From NCBI RefSeq assembly GCF_009914755.1, contig NC_060933.1: 64,000 nt of DNA. The stretch is one strand, 5' to 3'. This DNA is from the human T2T-CHM13v2.0 reference genome, Homo sapiens. Each line of letters starts with the position of its first letter. The stretch's first letter is position 1. A model generated the notes under the pieces. It saw only the letters and a list, made by a program, of their open reading frames with translations, did no database searches and was not told the DNA's origin. The position numbers were made by a program, and so were the translations under genes. This document shows, piece by piece, positions 17,581 through 34,008 of the stretch.

Positions 17581-17843
17581 TATGTTCTCTAAAGACACTG
17601 TGAACACTATTAGCCCATACTGAACCACTGCTCCTGGAGAAATACAGGGTTAGCTTCCACGCCTCTGATCACTACATTTTTGTCATCCAACCAATACATA
17701 TTTTTGTTTTATGTGTTTTTATCTACAGACACCTTGTTTAATATACGTTTCTTACCAATAGTTAACTGTATGTATTATTCTTTATAATAAAACTCAAGCT
17801 GGGAAGAGTTTTGCGTTTTCCTGACCTTGGGTAATGTGACTAA

Positions 17844-18173
<330 letters not shown>

Positions 18174-18527
18174 AGTCCACCAAACTTTTAATGTCATCTC
18201 ATGAATCCACAAATTTCACTGGTTTTTTTTCTTCTTCTTGTTTTTCCATAACTTTACCAGGTACTATAGATGTTACTTGGGCACTTTTCAGAGTGGCCTC
18301 ACATCTGCGTCAATGACTTTCCTCTTCCTCCTTCTGGATGTAACATATTGTTGACTCATTGCTGTTGAACTTACTGTCAACAGCACTGTAACTCATGCCT
18401 GAGCCAAGCTTGTCTAACAGGTATATTTTCTCTGTAAAGCACATCACAGCCTTTCTGCACTTAGGAACATTAGACAGCACTTCAGCAGTACACTTGGGGG
18501 CCATTTTAAACAATTAAATCACTGATA

Positions 18528-20662
<2,135 letters not shown>

Positions 20663-21179
20663 CACTGACAAAAAGCACAAAAATGCCAAAAATGTGACAC
20701 TAAATAGACAGTGATAACGACAAGGTAACAGTATGACAGCTGAAACAAGAGGCAGCGCATTGCCTTGTTTGACCTCAGCTAAGAACTGTGCCTGGAGAAA
20801 CACATTTTTCACTGCTCGGGGCATGCTTGTGAATGACTGAGGAGGCGTGACAATGATTGATTTGGGGGTTACAAATAAATTTCAGCGAGCAGGCAAATTT
20901 GGAAGTTTGGAACTGCAAATAATGAGAGTATCTCATGAAGCCACTAGAGGATGTCCTTTTGCCCAAAAAGAGAATTCAGCCAAAAAGAAGAAATTTTGCG
21001 ATATAGAATACAGAAGATTCAACCCAGGAAGGATTGAAGTGGGTGGGAAAGGCATCTTCAGAAAGAGGAAAGTGATAAAATACCTGATGAACCTGATTAT
21101 ACTGAGAAGAGACTTAGATAACTGGTGGAAAATTGTGCTTGGATTAACGACGATTATATATATTTTTAAAACCAAGTTA

Positions 21180-21596
<417 letters not shown>

Positions 21597-22679
21597 CTAT
21601 CACTGTCATAATGTGAGTAGTGAGCACTGTTCTACCAACACCAGGATGCGACCGTCTTGACAGCACAGGGAGGGGAGTGGGAAGCATGGAATTCTGTGGT
21701 GGGGCTGGGGAGCCAATAGAGGGTCTGCAAGTCCAAAATTTCAAGATGGGACAACATAAGCATGTTGTTTGCAGATACAGCAGGTAAATTCCCCCCAAGA
21801 AAAAGCATTCTGGGTTGGGGAAAAGCTGGGGTGGGGTGTAGGGCACAGGGTGTAAGAAAATGCTGTATTTTTCTATAAGCATTCTTAGAATATCTCCTGA
21901 TACATGTATATAATAACTTTCATAAAAATAAAAATTAGGGGAAGAAGATGGGTTTTGAGTGACGGAAGAAAAATTGAAGTATCCAGATGATGTGGTAGTC
22001 AGGGCTGTTAACAATGTCCTTGGAAAATTCCAGGCTGAGAGCCAATAAACACAAAGCCCAGAATGGGGCTCAGGCAGATTGCCCAGGAGGCTGCAGAGCA
22101 GCATTCAGGGTCAGTGGGCCACCATGCCTTTCTGACACCCTGTATGTGGAGCTGCTGGAGCGACAGCTTTGGACCCAAGTGATGGACGCTCTGAAGAGAA
22201 AACAAAACATTCCTGGGTGGGGAAGGAGAATCAAAATATAAGCCCAAGAACTCCCTACTTTTAGAGCAGACCCCAAGCCCGGGTCCAAGCCCCCTGGATA
22301 AGGAGAGGAGTGGGAAATCAAACTCAGAAGGCAACCCCTGCTCCCATGCCAGAGGACCACACAGTCTTCCACTCCCAGGTTCACCAGTGTAGGGTTTCTT
22401 CCATGACAATTGGCATCGGACCACCAGGACTTTCCCCTTGGGCTGAGGAAACCCAATGTTTAATACAGACCCTCAACTACACACAGGAACAGAAAACCTG
22501 GAATCAATCATTTGAGGAAACAGAAGTAGCCCCAAAGAAAACAAAACTAGTAAGGCAAAGAGGAAAGGATTTTCATCATAAGTATAATGAATATCCTGAG
22601 AATCGTTTAAGTAGATACTGCATTTTTTAAGTGTTATGAAAAAAATTAACTTATTGAAAATGTTAATGAATGGAAAGTC

Positions 22680-22980
<301 letters not shown>

Positions 22981-22992
22981 ACAGATGGAAAG

Positions 22993-23489
22993 TGTTAACT
23001 GTGAGTTGTCCAGCTTCTTGGCAAGTTGAACAAAGAATTAAACAAAACACACAAAACAGCAAAAGAAGAAAGAAGCAATGAAAGTGCAGACTTACTGAAG
23101 TGAAACTATGCTCCAGAGAGTGGGAGCAGGCTGGAGCAAGTGGCTCAAGAGCCCAGATTACAATGTTCTTTAGGGTTTCTATTAAGCTAAAAGAATTTGG
23201 TAACACCCCCTAGGTGCCCTTTAGAGGCCTCTAATTGATTACACACTTTGAAGGATTGGCCCACAGCCAATCAAAGGCTGAAGTGGAGACCTCGCCTGTG
23301 ACCAATAAGAGGCTGAAGTGAAGAGTTGGCCTGTAGCCAATCAGAGGCTGAAGTGGAGACTTCTGTCTGGTTATCACAGGAGTGAGGGTCTGGCCTGTAG
23401 GCTGCTTAACCTTGCCTAGAACTGCATCTGCTGTCCTTTTGCTTACGCCTTAACCCTTGGTTACCCCAACTCCCTATTCTTCCACCTCA
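22993..23489 (-). mobile_element. MER51-family (ERV1) solo LTR
   Basis: tgtta...ttcttggcaagttgaacaaagaatt...ccaatcagaggctgaagtg repeats...ccctattcttccacctca. Confidence 0.75.
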
Positions 23490-25199
23490 AAAATTACAAT
23501 GATTGCCAAAATGAAAATAGGCCAGTAGATAAGGCCAGTAAATGAGGCCAGTAGATGTACAATAGCAAAGTGGACACAGCTGAAGATAAAATTTGTAAAC
23601 TAAAAGATTAAGAAATTATCCCAGAATGCAATACAAACAAATATAAGAGACAGGGGAGATAGATCCAGAAATTCCAGTGGCCATCTAATAGGAATTCTAG
23701 AAGGAAAACATAACCTTCATAATTTGGGCAAGGAGGGAGTACTTTCTAAGAATGTTACAAAATCCAAAATAAAAGATTGTCAAATGTGACATTATAAAAG
23801 TCAAAATGTTGGTACTGCAAAAAAGAAATGAGCAAAACTAAAACATAAGTGACAGTCTTGGAGAAAATATTTGCATCATTCATAACATGTGAAAACTTAA
23901 CGTCAAAAATACAGAGAATTTCTGCAAATTTGCTAAAAAAGAGAGGGAAGGAGTAGAAAAATGCACAAAGAAAATGATGTGAGAGAACAAGGAAAGGATA
24001 CTGGCTGGGTTTTGATGGAGGTCAGTGGCTGGGCCCGAGGTGTAGGTTCCTCCGTGAGGGCAGGGTCTGGTGTGGTGTGAATCTCCCACTGGTGCTGAAG
24101 GAGGGAGCACCAGCCTGTCCAGTGGTGGGCAGAGAGGAAGAGAGAGGGGCCAGGCTTGAAAGCAATGAGCAGTCAGACCCCAAAAATGGCTTTATTACAG
24201 TTCTAATGCCAGAAATTTAATTTTTTCTCAAACCTCAAAATAATCTCTCAGAAAAGTAAATAAATGACATAATTGGGATGTTTTGAAAATCATTTTCAAA
24301 AGCCACCATAAAGCAGTAGTAAATACTTTCCAGAACAAAAGGCAGCCAATGCGGATAATTATTAGGAGCTCAACCATCATTATCTCGCACCCCAAAACAG
24401 CCAGCCTTCCAGCCTTTAGTGCGCTAACTGGAGTCTGACAGAAGCCCCAAAGACAAAGACATAGCCTTTAGTAAAAAATAAGAAAGACCTTTGAATTTAT
24501 GAGTCCATGTGCCATAAGAACATCCAGAATATTCTGACAGAGGCTTCAAACTCCTGCTGCCATCGTCACAGTCTATTCTTGTGGGTTACGTTCTAATTTA
24601 GTAACTGGGGAAACATCTCCCCGCCTGGCTGCCACTCAGAGAGCTGGGTTTAGACTCATCATTCCTTTCTTTGACATTAAAAAAGGGTCATCATTTATTT
24701 AAGAAGTTTTATTTCAGACTTTTGTGTATGGCAGAGTAAAGGTGTTTCTGCACCCATATCCCCTTGATAATTAATGATGAGCTAGCAGAATGGGAGAGAA
24801 AAGAAGGAGAAGGAGACAGAAACACAGACTGTTTAAATGAAGCTAAGAGATACCTGTTCATTGCACATGAACATTTGAGGACTGGGAGCTGCCTTAGCAG
24901 AATGTGTAGAATGAAAACTAGATGCCTACCAAGGACTGATTCATCCTACAGTACTTGGAAATGCTCAGGGATTGAAGTCATGGGTACCTTGAAGGCAGAC
25001 ATAAGGTGTGGACCAGAACATGATGGGAAAGATAAAAGTCTGCATAAAAACAACTAGGAACCCTGGACCAGCAGCTGGCTACACATAGATGAATGAGCCG
25101 AGGCTGGCTGACACCAGCCAAAGTGCACAGCAGAGCCTATCCTAAATTGCTGACCCACAGGATGGTAAGCTAACTAAGTTGTGTTTTCTTTATTTTTAT

Positions 25200-25523
25200 T
25201 TATTATGTTTTTGTTTTTGTTTTTGTTTTTGTTTTTTTTGAGATGGAGTTTTGCTCTTGTCGCCCAGGCTGAAGTGCAATGGCATGAGCTCGGTTCACTG
25301 CAACCTCCACTTCCTAGGTTCAAGCGGTTCTCCTGCCTCAGTCTCCTGAGTAGCTGGGATTATAGGAACCCACCACCATGCCTGACTAATTTTTTGTATT
25401 TTTAGTAGAGGCAGGGTTTCACCACGTTGGCCAGGCTGGTCTCGAACTCCTGACCTCAGGTTATCCACCCACCTCGGCCTCCCAAAGTGCTGGCATTACA
25501 GGCGTGAGCCACTGCGCCCAGCC
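25200..25523 (-). mobile_element. AluS
   Basis: Alu dimer. Confidence 0.92.
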
Positions 25524-25540
25524 TCCCTCTCCAGACTCTA

Positions 25541-25771
<231 letters not shown>

Positions 25772-25828
25772 TTATAAGAGTAGAAATGTCGAGTAGAACA
25801 CACTATTAAAGCTATGAATATGAAAAAA

Positions 25829-28330
25829 AAGAGTTTTGAATTGTTTTGTATGTTCTCTAACTGATCTATTTCTTTGGATAATCTAGTAATTTCTTCCAGA
25901 TGTCTTTTAGTAACAACTTGTTGGCACTGGCAAGCGAAAGTGATAGCCATTTCTTGTTGTACTTCATGGCTGCAGTTTGCATTCCTGAAGCTAGCAATTA
26001 TCTGAAGTTTTTCAGAAGCATAGTTCACAAACTGTTGTTTAAAGCCTCTTTCCTTGGCACAAGTGGTCCAGGACAGCCTTCCATAAAGATACCAAACTCC
26101 ATACATACATAATGAAACATATACGAATTGCCAGCCTATAGTTTTCCAAATTACTCCTCCAACAGTGATGTCCGTAGAAGTCCTAGATGTAAGAGAAGCT
26201 AATCCTGTTATTAAGGTAACCATGAGTTCTTTGTGTGATGCATTATCTGGTGTTGCTGGGTTGATAGAAGCAGTGGGAGTACAGGCTAAAGAGCTAGGGA
26301 AAGTTAGGCTCTGACAATCCTAGGAGCACCCTCTGAGCATTTGTAGGGCCCAGGAATCAATGCACAAGTGAAGACCAGCCCAGGGAAAAATGGAATACAA
26401 TACCCTCTTGAAAATCTGGTCATAACTTGTGGCAATATAGGTCATGACTGAGATCAAATTTCTTGCAAGGGATTAGTGTATGCAGTTTATTCTATATATA
26501 GCTGAAAGTAATGGTTTCAAATTTTTAATAATTTCTTGCTTGGATTAAACATTGAGGCATTGTCTTAATTGGTGCATCAATCAGCCATATTTCTTCTGAT
26601 ACCGTCTTCTAAGTGCTAATTTAAGTCACCTTTACATACTTTCAATACACGTGGAGTAGGATGAAACTGAATAAAATTCATCAACCAAAACAGACAGTCA
26701 ACAAATTTCATCTGTCTTTGCACGTGAAACCTTGTTTGCCACTTCCTTGGTAACCTCCCTGATTTTTTTATTTTTTATTTTTTATTTTTCTTGAGATGGA
26801 GTCTCACTCTGTTGCCCAGGCTGGAGTGCAGTGGTGCGATCTTGGCTCACTGCAACCTTCCCTTCCCAGGTTCAAGCAATTACCTGCCTCAGCCTCCCAA
26901 GTAGCTGGGATTACAGGCACCCGCCACCACGCCAGAGTAATTTTTGTCTTTTTAGTAGAGACGGGGTTTCACCATGTTGGCCAGGCTGGTCTTGAACTCC
27001 TGACCTCGTGATCCACCTGCCTCAGCCTCCCAAAGTGCTGGGATTACAGGCGTGAGCCACTGCGCCCGGCCTTCCTGATTTTTTTCTTAACATCTAGTGT
27101 TAAAAGGTTCATCTGGTTTGGGATAAAGCTCAGTCTGTCGATTTGTTCTTCCCGCTCTTTCTTTGAATAAACTCTTCTCTGTTGCTGCCACGTTTATTGA
27201 ATCCATTGTGTTTTTCACAATATCTAGTATTGGCTTAGCTCCGATAGTGTGCTGTTTCAACCCTGTTTTCACTGCTGATTGTGAGATACACTCCTTAAAG
27301 ATTTGTTAAAATTCTGAAACTCCTGTAATCTTGCCTGAAATCGTTTACCAAGTACTTCACTGCTTTCTGGCATCCCCTGTGGTTTGTGCTGTCTAGCACT
27401 AAGAACTTCCTTTGCTGAAATGAAGAATATATGATTCTGTGCTTCTAAAGGATCCACAACTTTAACCTCCTCCACAAAGAAATGCAAGCATCTTTCCATG
27501 TGCTGTCTACATACATCTTCCATATATTCTGGCTCTGATGAAGCGACATCCCAGTGATTATTCAGAATTAAATTATTAGGCTTGGAAAGCTGCTCATTTA
27601 CCTTGTGAAAAAAATGTTTTTCTGTGTTCATTAGTGTTGATTCAGAGTTTACAAACAAAATGATGACATAAGCATCTAAGCAACACTCATCAATCCAGGT
27701 ATCCAGCTCTGTAGTGACATCTGTGCCTGGACTGTCTACTAAAACCAGCTCACCTTTCAAGAGGACACACTTTGTCTTTGGCCAAAACACATGTATAAGA
27801 CAGCCAGCTTCCAAGCCTTTGTCCACATGAAGGGCATAGGACAGCTGATGAACTGTGTTTACACTGTTTTTTCATCTTATCCTTTTGTCATAAGATAGGT
27901 TTTATCTCCATTGGTCTCTTAAACACTTTGGAAGCAATTGGTTGTATGATCAATCCCACTAAGGAGAGCTTTATCCCACAACATTGCATTGATAACAGAG
28001 CTTGTCCTGCCAAAAAATGCCACCTTCATTTGTCTCCGAGATAGCACCTTACCAATGATAGAAAGCTTGTTTTTATATTCTTACATTTCTACTTGATTAT
28101 CCTCAGTAGCTCAGTCAAGTTCTAGATTCTTATATGTTGCTATTATTATTCCACCCTGATTGGATCTTCAGATCTTGAGCTGAGAAGGGAGATTCACATA
28201 CTTCAACAATATGTGATCCTCAGTAACAAACTCCAGTAACTGGTCAAAGATTTCAGTAATTGCCTTCTTATCCAGCACAAAGTGTTTCAGTGGAGAAGCC
28301 CCCAAGCTGCCCCATCTTTCCAAGAGATCG
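25829..28330 (-). pseudogene. Processed pseudogene (retrocopy) of MFN1, mitofusin 1
   Basis: Minus-strand frames give [29 protein letters not shown] (GTPase), [26 protein letters not shown] (TM) and [15 protein letters not shown]. They are collinear with MFN1, intronless, with many stops and frameshifts. Interrupted by an Alu at 26763-27071; start codon and last exon absent. Confidence 0.95.
26763..27071 (-). mobile_element. AluSg-like, inside the MFN1 retrocopy
   Basis: TSD t(c/t)cctgatttttt at 26756 and 27072. Confidence 0.92.
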
Positions 28331-28334
28331 CTCT

Positions 28335-29290
28335 GTTAATTTTTTTTACATCTTTTTTTATCTTGGTATTTCATTTTAGATAGCATCTAATGCTGTCTTT
28401 TAGGTCACTGATACTTTCTTCTAAAATTTCTGATCTGCTGTAATTCTCATCTAATATGTTTTTCAACTCAGTTTTTGAAGTTTTCATCTCTAGAAGTTTG
28501 ATTTGGATCTTCTATGTCACTACGTAGCATTTTTAATCTTTTCTCTATCTTCTTAAACATATGAAATTTGATCAGAATAACTGTTTTAAAAGTCCTTGCC
28601 TATTCTATCATCTGTGTCATTTTGGAGCTGGTTTTGATTCACTGATTTTTCTTCTCATTATGGGCTGTGTTTTCTTGCTTCTAGGAATGTCTGGCAATTT
28701 TTCTTTGAATGGTAGATATTGATGATTTATTTCATTGGTTGTTGACTATTTTGGTACTCCTATAAATATTTCTGGGCTCTGTTCTGAGATGTCGTTAAGG
28801 TACTTTGAAAGAGTTTGATCATTTCTCGGCTTGCTTTTAAAATTTGTCCATTAGAAGCAGATCTGAATTTATTCTAGGATTCATTTTTCTCCACTACAGT
28901 GGCAAGGTGGTTCTTAGTACATTAACTGATGCTCTCTGAATGACAAGGTTTTCCATTCCGGTTTTTCGGAACAGGTGCTATTTTTGGCCTTGTGTGTTCT
29001 TTGAAGCACTGTTCTCTTCAACCTTTTGGATCATTCTTCCCCCATCCTCAAAGCGTTTCTTCACACATATGTACTGATCAGTGCTCTGCTCAAGATCCCA
29101 TGGGAACTCTCTGCAGGTCTCCAGGGTTCTTCCTCTGTGCCGCTCTCTTCTCTTCAGAACTCTTGCTCTCTTGGCTTCCCCAATTCCCAGCTCTGTCTCA
29201 ACTCAGAAAGACCACCATGTTCCGCCTGGTTGCCCCTCCCTGCGCCATGGCCTGAAAGCTTTCTCAGAGCCATAAGGTGGGCAATCTTAG
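28335..29290 (-). mobile_element. Old L1M 5'/ORF1 fragment
   Basis: T-rich antisense ORF1 text (ttttcatctctagaagtttgatttgg). Confidence 0.65.
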
Positions 29291-29299
29291 GGTTCACTT

Positions 29300-29838
29300 T
29301 GACGCAGGGCAGCTGAGCCCCCAAATTGGAGTCTTAGCCCAGGAAAGTTCTTAGCTTTACCCAGGAAGGAATTCAAGGGTGAGCCAGGGGTATTAGACAG
29401 CAATCTTTTATTGAACCAGAACTGTCCTCACGGAGCAGGGCTAACTCATAGGCAGTGCCCCAAAGCATTTCTTGTGGGCTGTTGGTTACCTGTGTTTCTA
29501 CCTACTTTTACCCACTTTTAATTACATGCAAAATTAAGGGGTGAATTAATGCAAATTAAGGGGCAGGTCATTCAGAACATTCTAGAAAAGAGGGGGCAAC
29601 TTCCTGGTCATTGCCACAGAAAGAGGTGGTAACTTCTGGTCATTGCCATGACATTTGTAAACTGTCTTGGTGCTGATGAGAGTATCTTATGCTAATGAGC
29701 ATTGGGAGCAACTAGAAGCTGCCTTTGAGCCACCTGCTGGTTTTTGCCAGTTTCTTCACTGCGTCCTGTTTTGACCAGATCCTGGCTTGGTCAGCAGGGT
29801 TGTGACTGGAAAGCAAATCCTGCCAGCCTCCTTCCTCA
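29300..29838 (-). mobile_element. ERV1 solo LTR (MER50-like)
   Basis: tgacgcagggc...aattacatgcaaaattaagggg...ggtaacttctggtcattgccatg...cctca; octamer ATGCAAAT at 29549. Confidence 0.7.
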
Positions 29839-30944
29839 ACTGCACGTTTCTCATGCTTCTTAGATATCACTGTCTTTGGTGCCTGATGTCCATGCAATGT
29901 TGTTCTTTCATGTATTTATTTTGGTTGTTTCAAGCAGGAGATTGTTACTCCATTTCAACCAAATTTAAAGCCCTTTAAAATCTCTTCCATTTTACACTGT
30001 CTTCTCCATTTGCAGAGGCATCAGATAAAATTCCTTTGACTTTCTGCAGTCTTTCTTTGAATAGTAAACCTAAAAATATACTTATTTTTGGATATTTAAA
30101 ATATTTCTCTAGTTATTATAGTGCAAGTTCATTTTTATATTTCAATATCAGGCTTTCATTTTAATAGCAATATTATTTTCTACCTTATACTTACTCATAT
30201 TACAACTTCTCTCAAAATGCTCTGTGAAGCCATTTCTAAAGTTGAATCAGGAAATTATCTAGCAAAGGCCAGGAATTAGGATTATGGCTTTATTACAATA
30301 ATAGAGTGTCACTACCATACTTCTTTATAAGGCAAAAATGTTATCCATATTGTGAATGAAATTTCCATAGTAGTGTCTTCAAAAAGTAATGAGTACTTTA
30401 GTATTTTTTTAATATACAGAATAAATATTTTTTTAAAGTATCAGTGTTTTCCAGGTTTCCTTGAAGTCCTAACAAATATAAGAACATTTCCCATTATTCT
30501 AACTGTGTACTTATATTCCCACTATTTTCCTCCATTATAGAAATGCCATACTGTCTTTAAGTGTTCTCTTTTTTCTTTCATTATTAAAATAGTAAAAATG
30601 ATATTCAAAGATTTCCATGACTGAGCCTCTACTGACTGTTTCACACTTTCTGCTCCACCCACATGGAGGATTCTAAGGCCCCCTCACGGGCCATACTTAA
30701 CTGTGTCCACCTCCATGTTCTCTGTTATCCTCCTGAGATGAACCTCTTGCCCCTTTCCAATGTGTGCCATCCCATCTCACCCTTCCGTAAGGAGCCAGCC
30801 CCAGCACCAAATCCAGGAAGCCTTTTCAAGATTTCCCTCCACCTCAACTCAACTCTCCCTCTTGGAAATTCCACTGAATTTTGTTTAAACTTGATTTTAA
30901 CTTTGTTTTAGAGTCTTTTGTTTATATTTCTTACACTGCTAGAT

Positions 30945-31104
30945 CAGTGATTCTCAAAGTTTAGTGCGCATCAAAATCACCCAAGGAGCTTGTAAAGACT
31001 TTGCTGAGCCCTACTCCCAGAGTCTCTGGGACCAAAGAATTTCTAGCATGCTCTCAGCTGATGCAGATCCTGCTGGTCCAAGGAGAACACTTTTCAGAAC
31101 CCTG
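30945..31104 (-). mobile_element. MER5A hAT element
   Basis: cagtgattctcaaagtttagtgcgcatcaaaatcacc...gctgatgcagatcctgctggtcc. Confidence 0.7.
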
Positions 31105-31384
31105 TGGTCTAGACCCCTTGAAAGTAGTATCCATGTCTCATGCATCTTAATTCCACAAAGTATCCAACAAAGTGACTTGCAAAGTGCTGTTCAATAGGTT
31201 AGCTTTATTAGTATTGAATTTCTGGACTTCAAAGGTGTATTTTAGAAAATGTCGTATGTATCAATGTAATAAAAAAGAATCACAGTTACAATGAAGAACC
31301 CAAAAGAAGTTGAAAAAAGAGCATAGGATCTGTTTATAAGTTTGCCTGCTTCATCAGTGAATAAAGCAATGGGGGTTGGGGGGA

Positions 31385-31683
31385 GGCAGGCGCAGTGGCT
31401 CACACCTGTAATCCCAGCACTTTGGGAGGCCAAGGCAGGTGGATCTCCTGAGGTCAGGAGTTCGAGACCAGACTGGCCAACATGGTGAAACACCGTCTCT
31501 ACTAACAATACAAAAATTAGCTGGGCCTGATGGCAAATGCCTGTAATCCCAGCTACTCGGGAGGCTGAGGTACGAGAATTGCTTGAACGCGGGAGGTGGA
31601 GGTTGCAGTGACCTGATGTCACACCACTGCCTAAGCCACAGCGTGAGACTCTGTCTCAAAAAAAAAAAAAAAAAAAAAAAAAA
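31385..31683 (+). mobile_element. AluS
   Basis: Alu dimer with A tail. Confidence 0.92.
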
Positions 31684-31919
31684 GCAAAGCGGGGAAGTAC
31701 GAAGTTGGGTGATTTCCAATATCATATGTACCAAAGTTTCTGGTTAATTATTCCAGTTTTGGCACAGAGAAAAGGTTTTTTGGTTCTTAACCATTGCATA
31801 GTTCTAGGGATTAGTAAGTTCAATATGAGTGTTTTGTTCATTATTACTTGGGAAAAATCAATAGAAAATCTGGTGTTAAAAAACATCAGATACAAAATTT
31901 AAAGCTCAACAAAAGACAG

Positions 31920-32095
31920 CCATGCGTAGGGCAGTGGGGAGGTGCAGAACTCTGAGGATGAGGTTGTCTGGGTGTGAGTCCTGGCTGCATCTTGATGCCT
32001 GTGTGCATTTGGGTGCTCTCCTCTGTAGAAGAGCGCTAAAAATAATCATGCATGCTTCCGAGGGTAAAGTTCTCAAAACAGTGCCTGGCATACAG
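31920..32095 (+). mobile_element. MIR SINE (degenerate)
   Basis: ctgtagaa..aataat...aaacagtgcctggcataca. Confidence 0.55.
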
Positions 32096-32601
32096 CTTTA
32101 GTTAAAAATAAACTAGCAGAGAGTCTGCTTAGGTTAGTCTATGCTTTCAGTGACCGTATTTTTCCAACTAAAATTTAGAACAAGAGCGATACTTGGGCCA
32201 CTTACGGGAATAAAAGTTTCTCAAAATAATCCTGTGATTCCTCAGATATTTCTAGAGTTTATAGAATCCAAAGGCAGTATATTACATAGAAAAAAAAATG
32301 TTTAGACACTCCAGGTTGTCTAGTATCCATATTTGTATATTCTCAGCCCCCATCTTCCATTTCCCCCAAATATCATATATCTCCAGGGAAAGGAAACCAG
32401 AGTATTCTCCTCCCAAATTGAGAGTAGGCAGGAATAACTCACATTTTCATCAGTTTCTCCAGTCTTTATGTGGGTAGATTGATCTAGAATGGAAAGGATT
32501 TCATGGTAACGATTGTAGGGAAGTTTAGATGTTTTCCCAGAAGGTTTGATCATTTTAGTTTATAAAACAAATAGGTTAACAGAAAAGAAAAAAGGCTTAC
32601 T

Positions 32602-32917
<316 letters not shown>

Positions 32918-32974
32918 TACAAATTTTAGAAACGTGCATATGAGCTTCGGAGTCATACAAAATATAAAAACTCA

Positions 32975-33282
<308 letters not shown>

Positions 33283-33374
33283 CTGAAAGAAATCGCCAGA
33301 TGGTTGACACTTTTCTACCATCTTGTGGTTACAGAAAGAATGGAGGCTCAGAGCACGGCCAACGTAAATTATGG

Positions 33375-33715
33375 CAGTAAGAGATTATGGAGGGAGAGAA
33401 GAGGCCTGTCTCACAAAGGGGAGTCCTGTTATGTAGATGATGAAACCTCACAGGTTGCAGCTCTCGGAGAGAATACATGGTAAGAGTTTCCTTCAGACCT
33501 TTAAAGATGTTGGATTCTCAGTTAATCTTTTTTAGATCTGGATAAGAGAGGGCCTCAGAGGAGGCCTGGCTGCACCGTGCAGATTCTGCACAGATGCAAA
33601 GTTTCCCAGGAAAGACAGTTTTTCAGGGCTACTTCTGTTTGCAAGCCCTCTGAACAGCCATCTCAAAATACGTCAAAGAAGGATACTTTGGAGCGAAATA
33701 TTTTGGTTTCCTTCA
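33375..33715 (-). mobile_element. ERV1 LTR fragment (MER39/MER34-like)
   Basis: Ends ccatctcaaaatacgtcaaagaa...aaatattttggtttccttca, the reverse of a tgaaggaaa.. start. Confidence 0.65.
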
Positions 33716-34008
33716 CGATCCTCACTGGAACCCATGATAGCCCACATCCTGGCCCTGAAGTTTTAGGGTGTTAGGTAATGTATATAAACAAAATAAGCCA
33801 AAGGACACCTAAAAAACAAGCAGGCAATTTCTCAGCAACTTTATTACTTTTATAACGGGTTAATAATTCTATGGAGAGCCCTGGAATTTACTACAACTTT
33901 CTGCCTTTGTTTCTTATAGAAGCAAAGGGAGTTACCAGTAAGGTAGTAATAAATTCCAAGAATCACTTAAAGATTGCTTTTATCCATGAGAAACATACCT
34001 CAATAACA

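Noticed and set aside
23519-23557. 13-bp triplication aggccagtagata
   Set aside because: Ordinary slippage duplication within an old L1 fragment.
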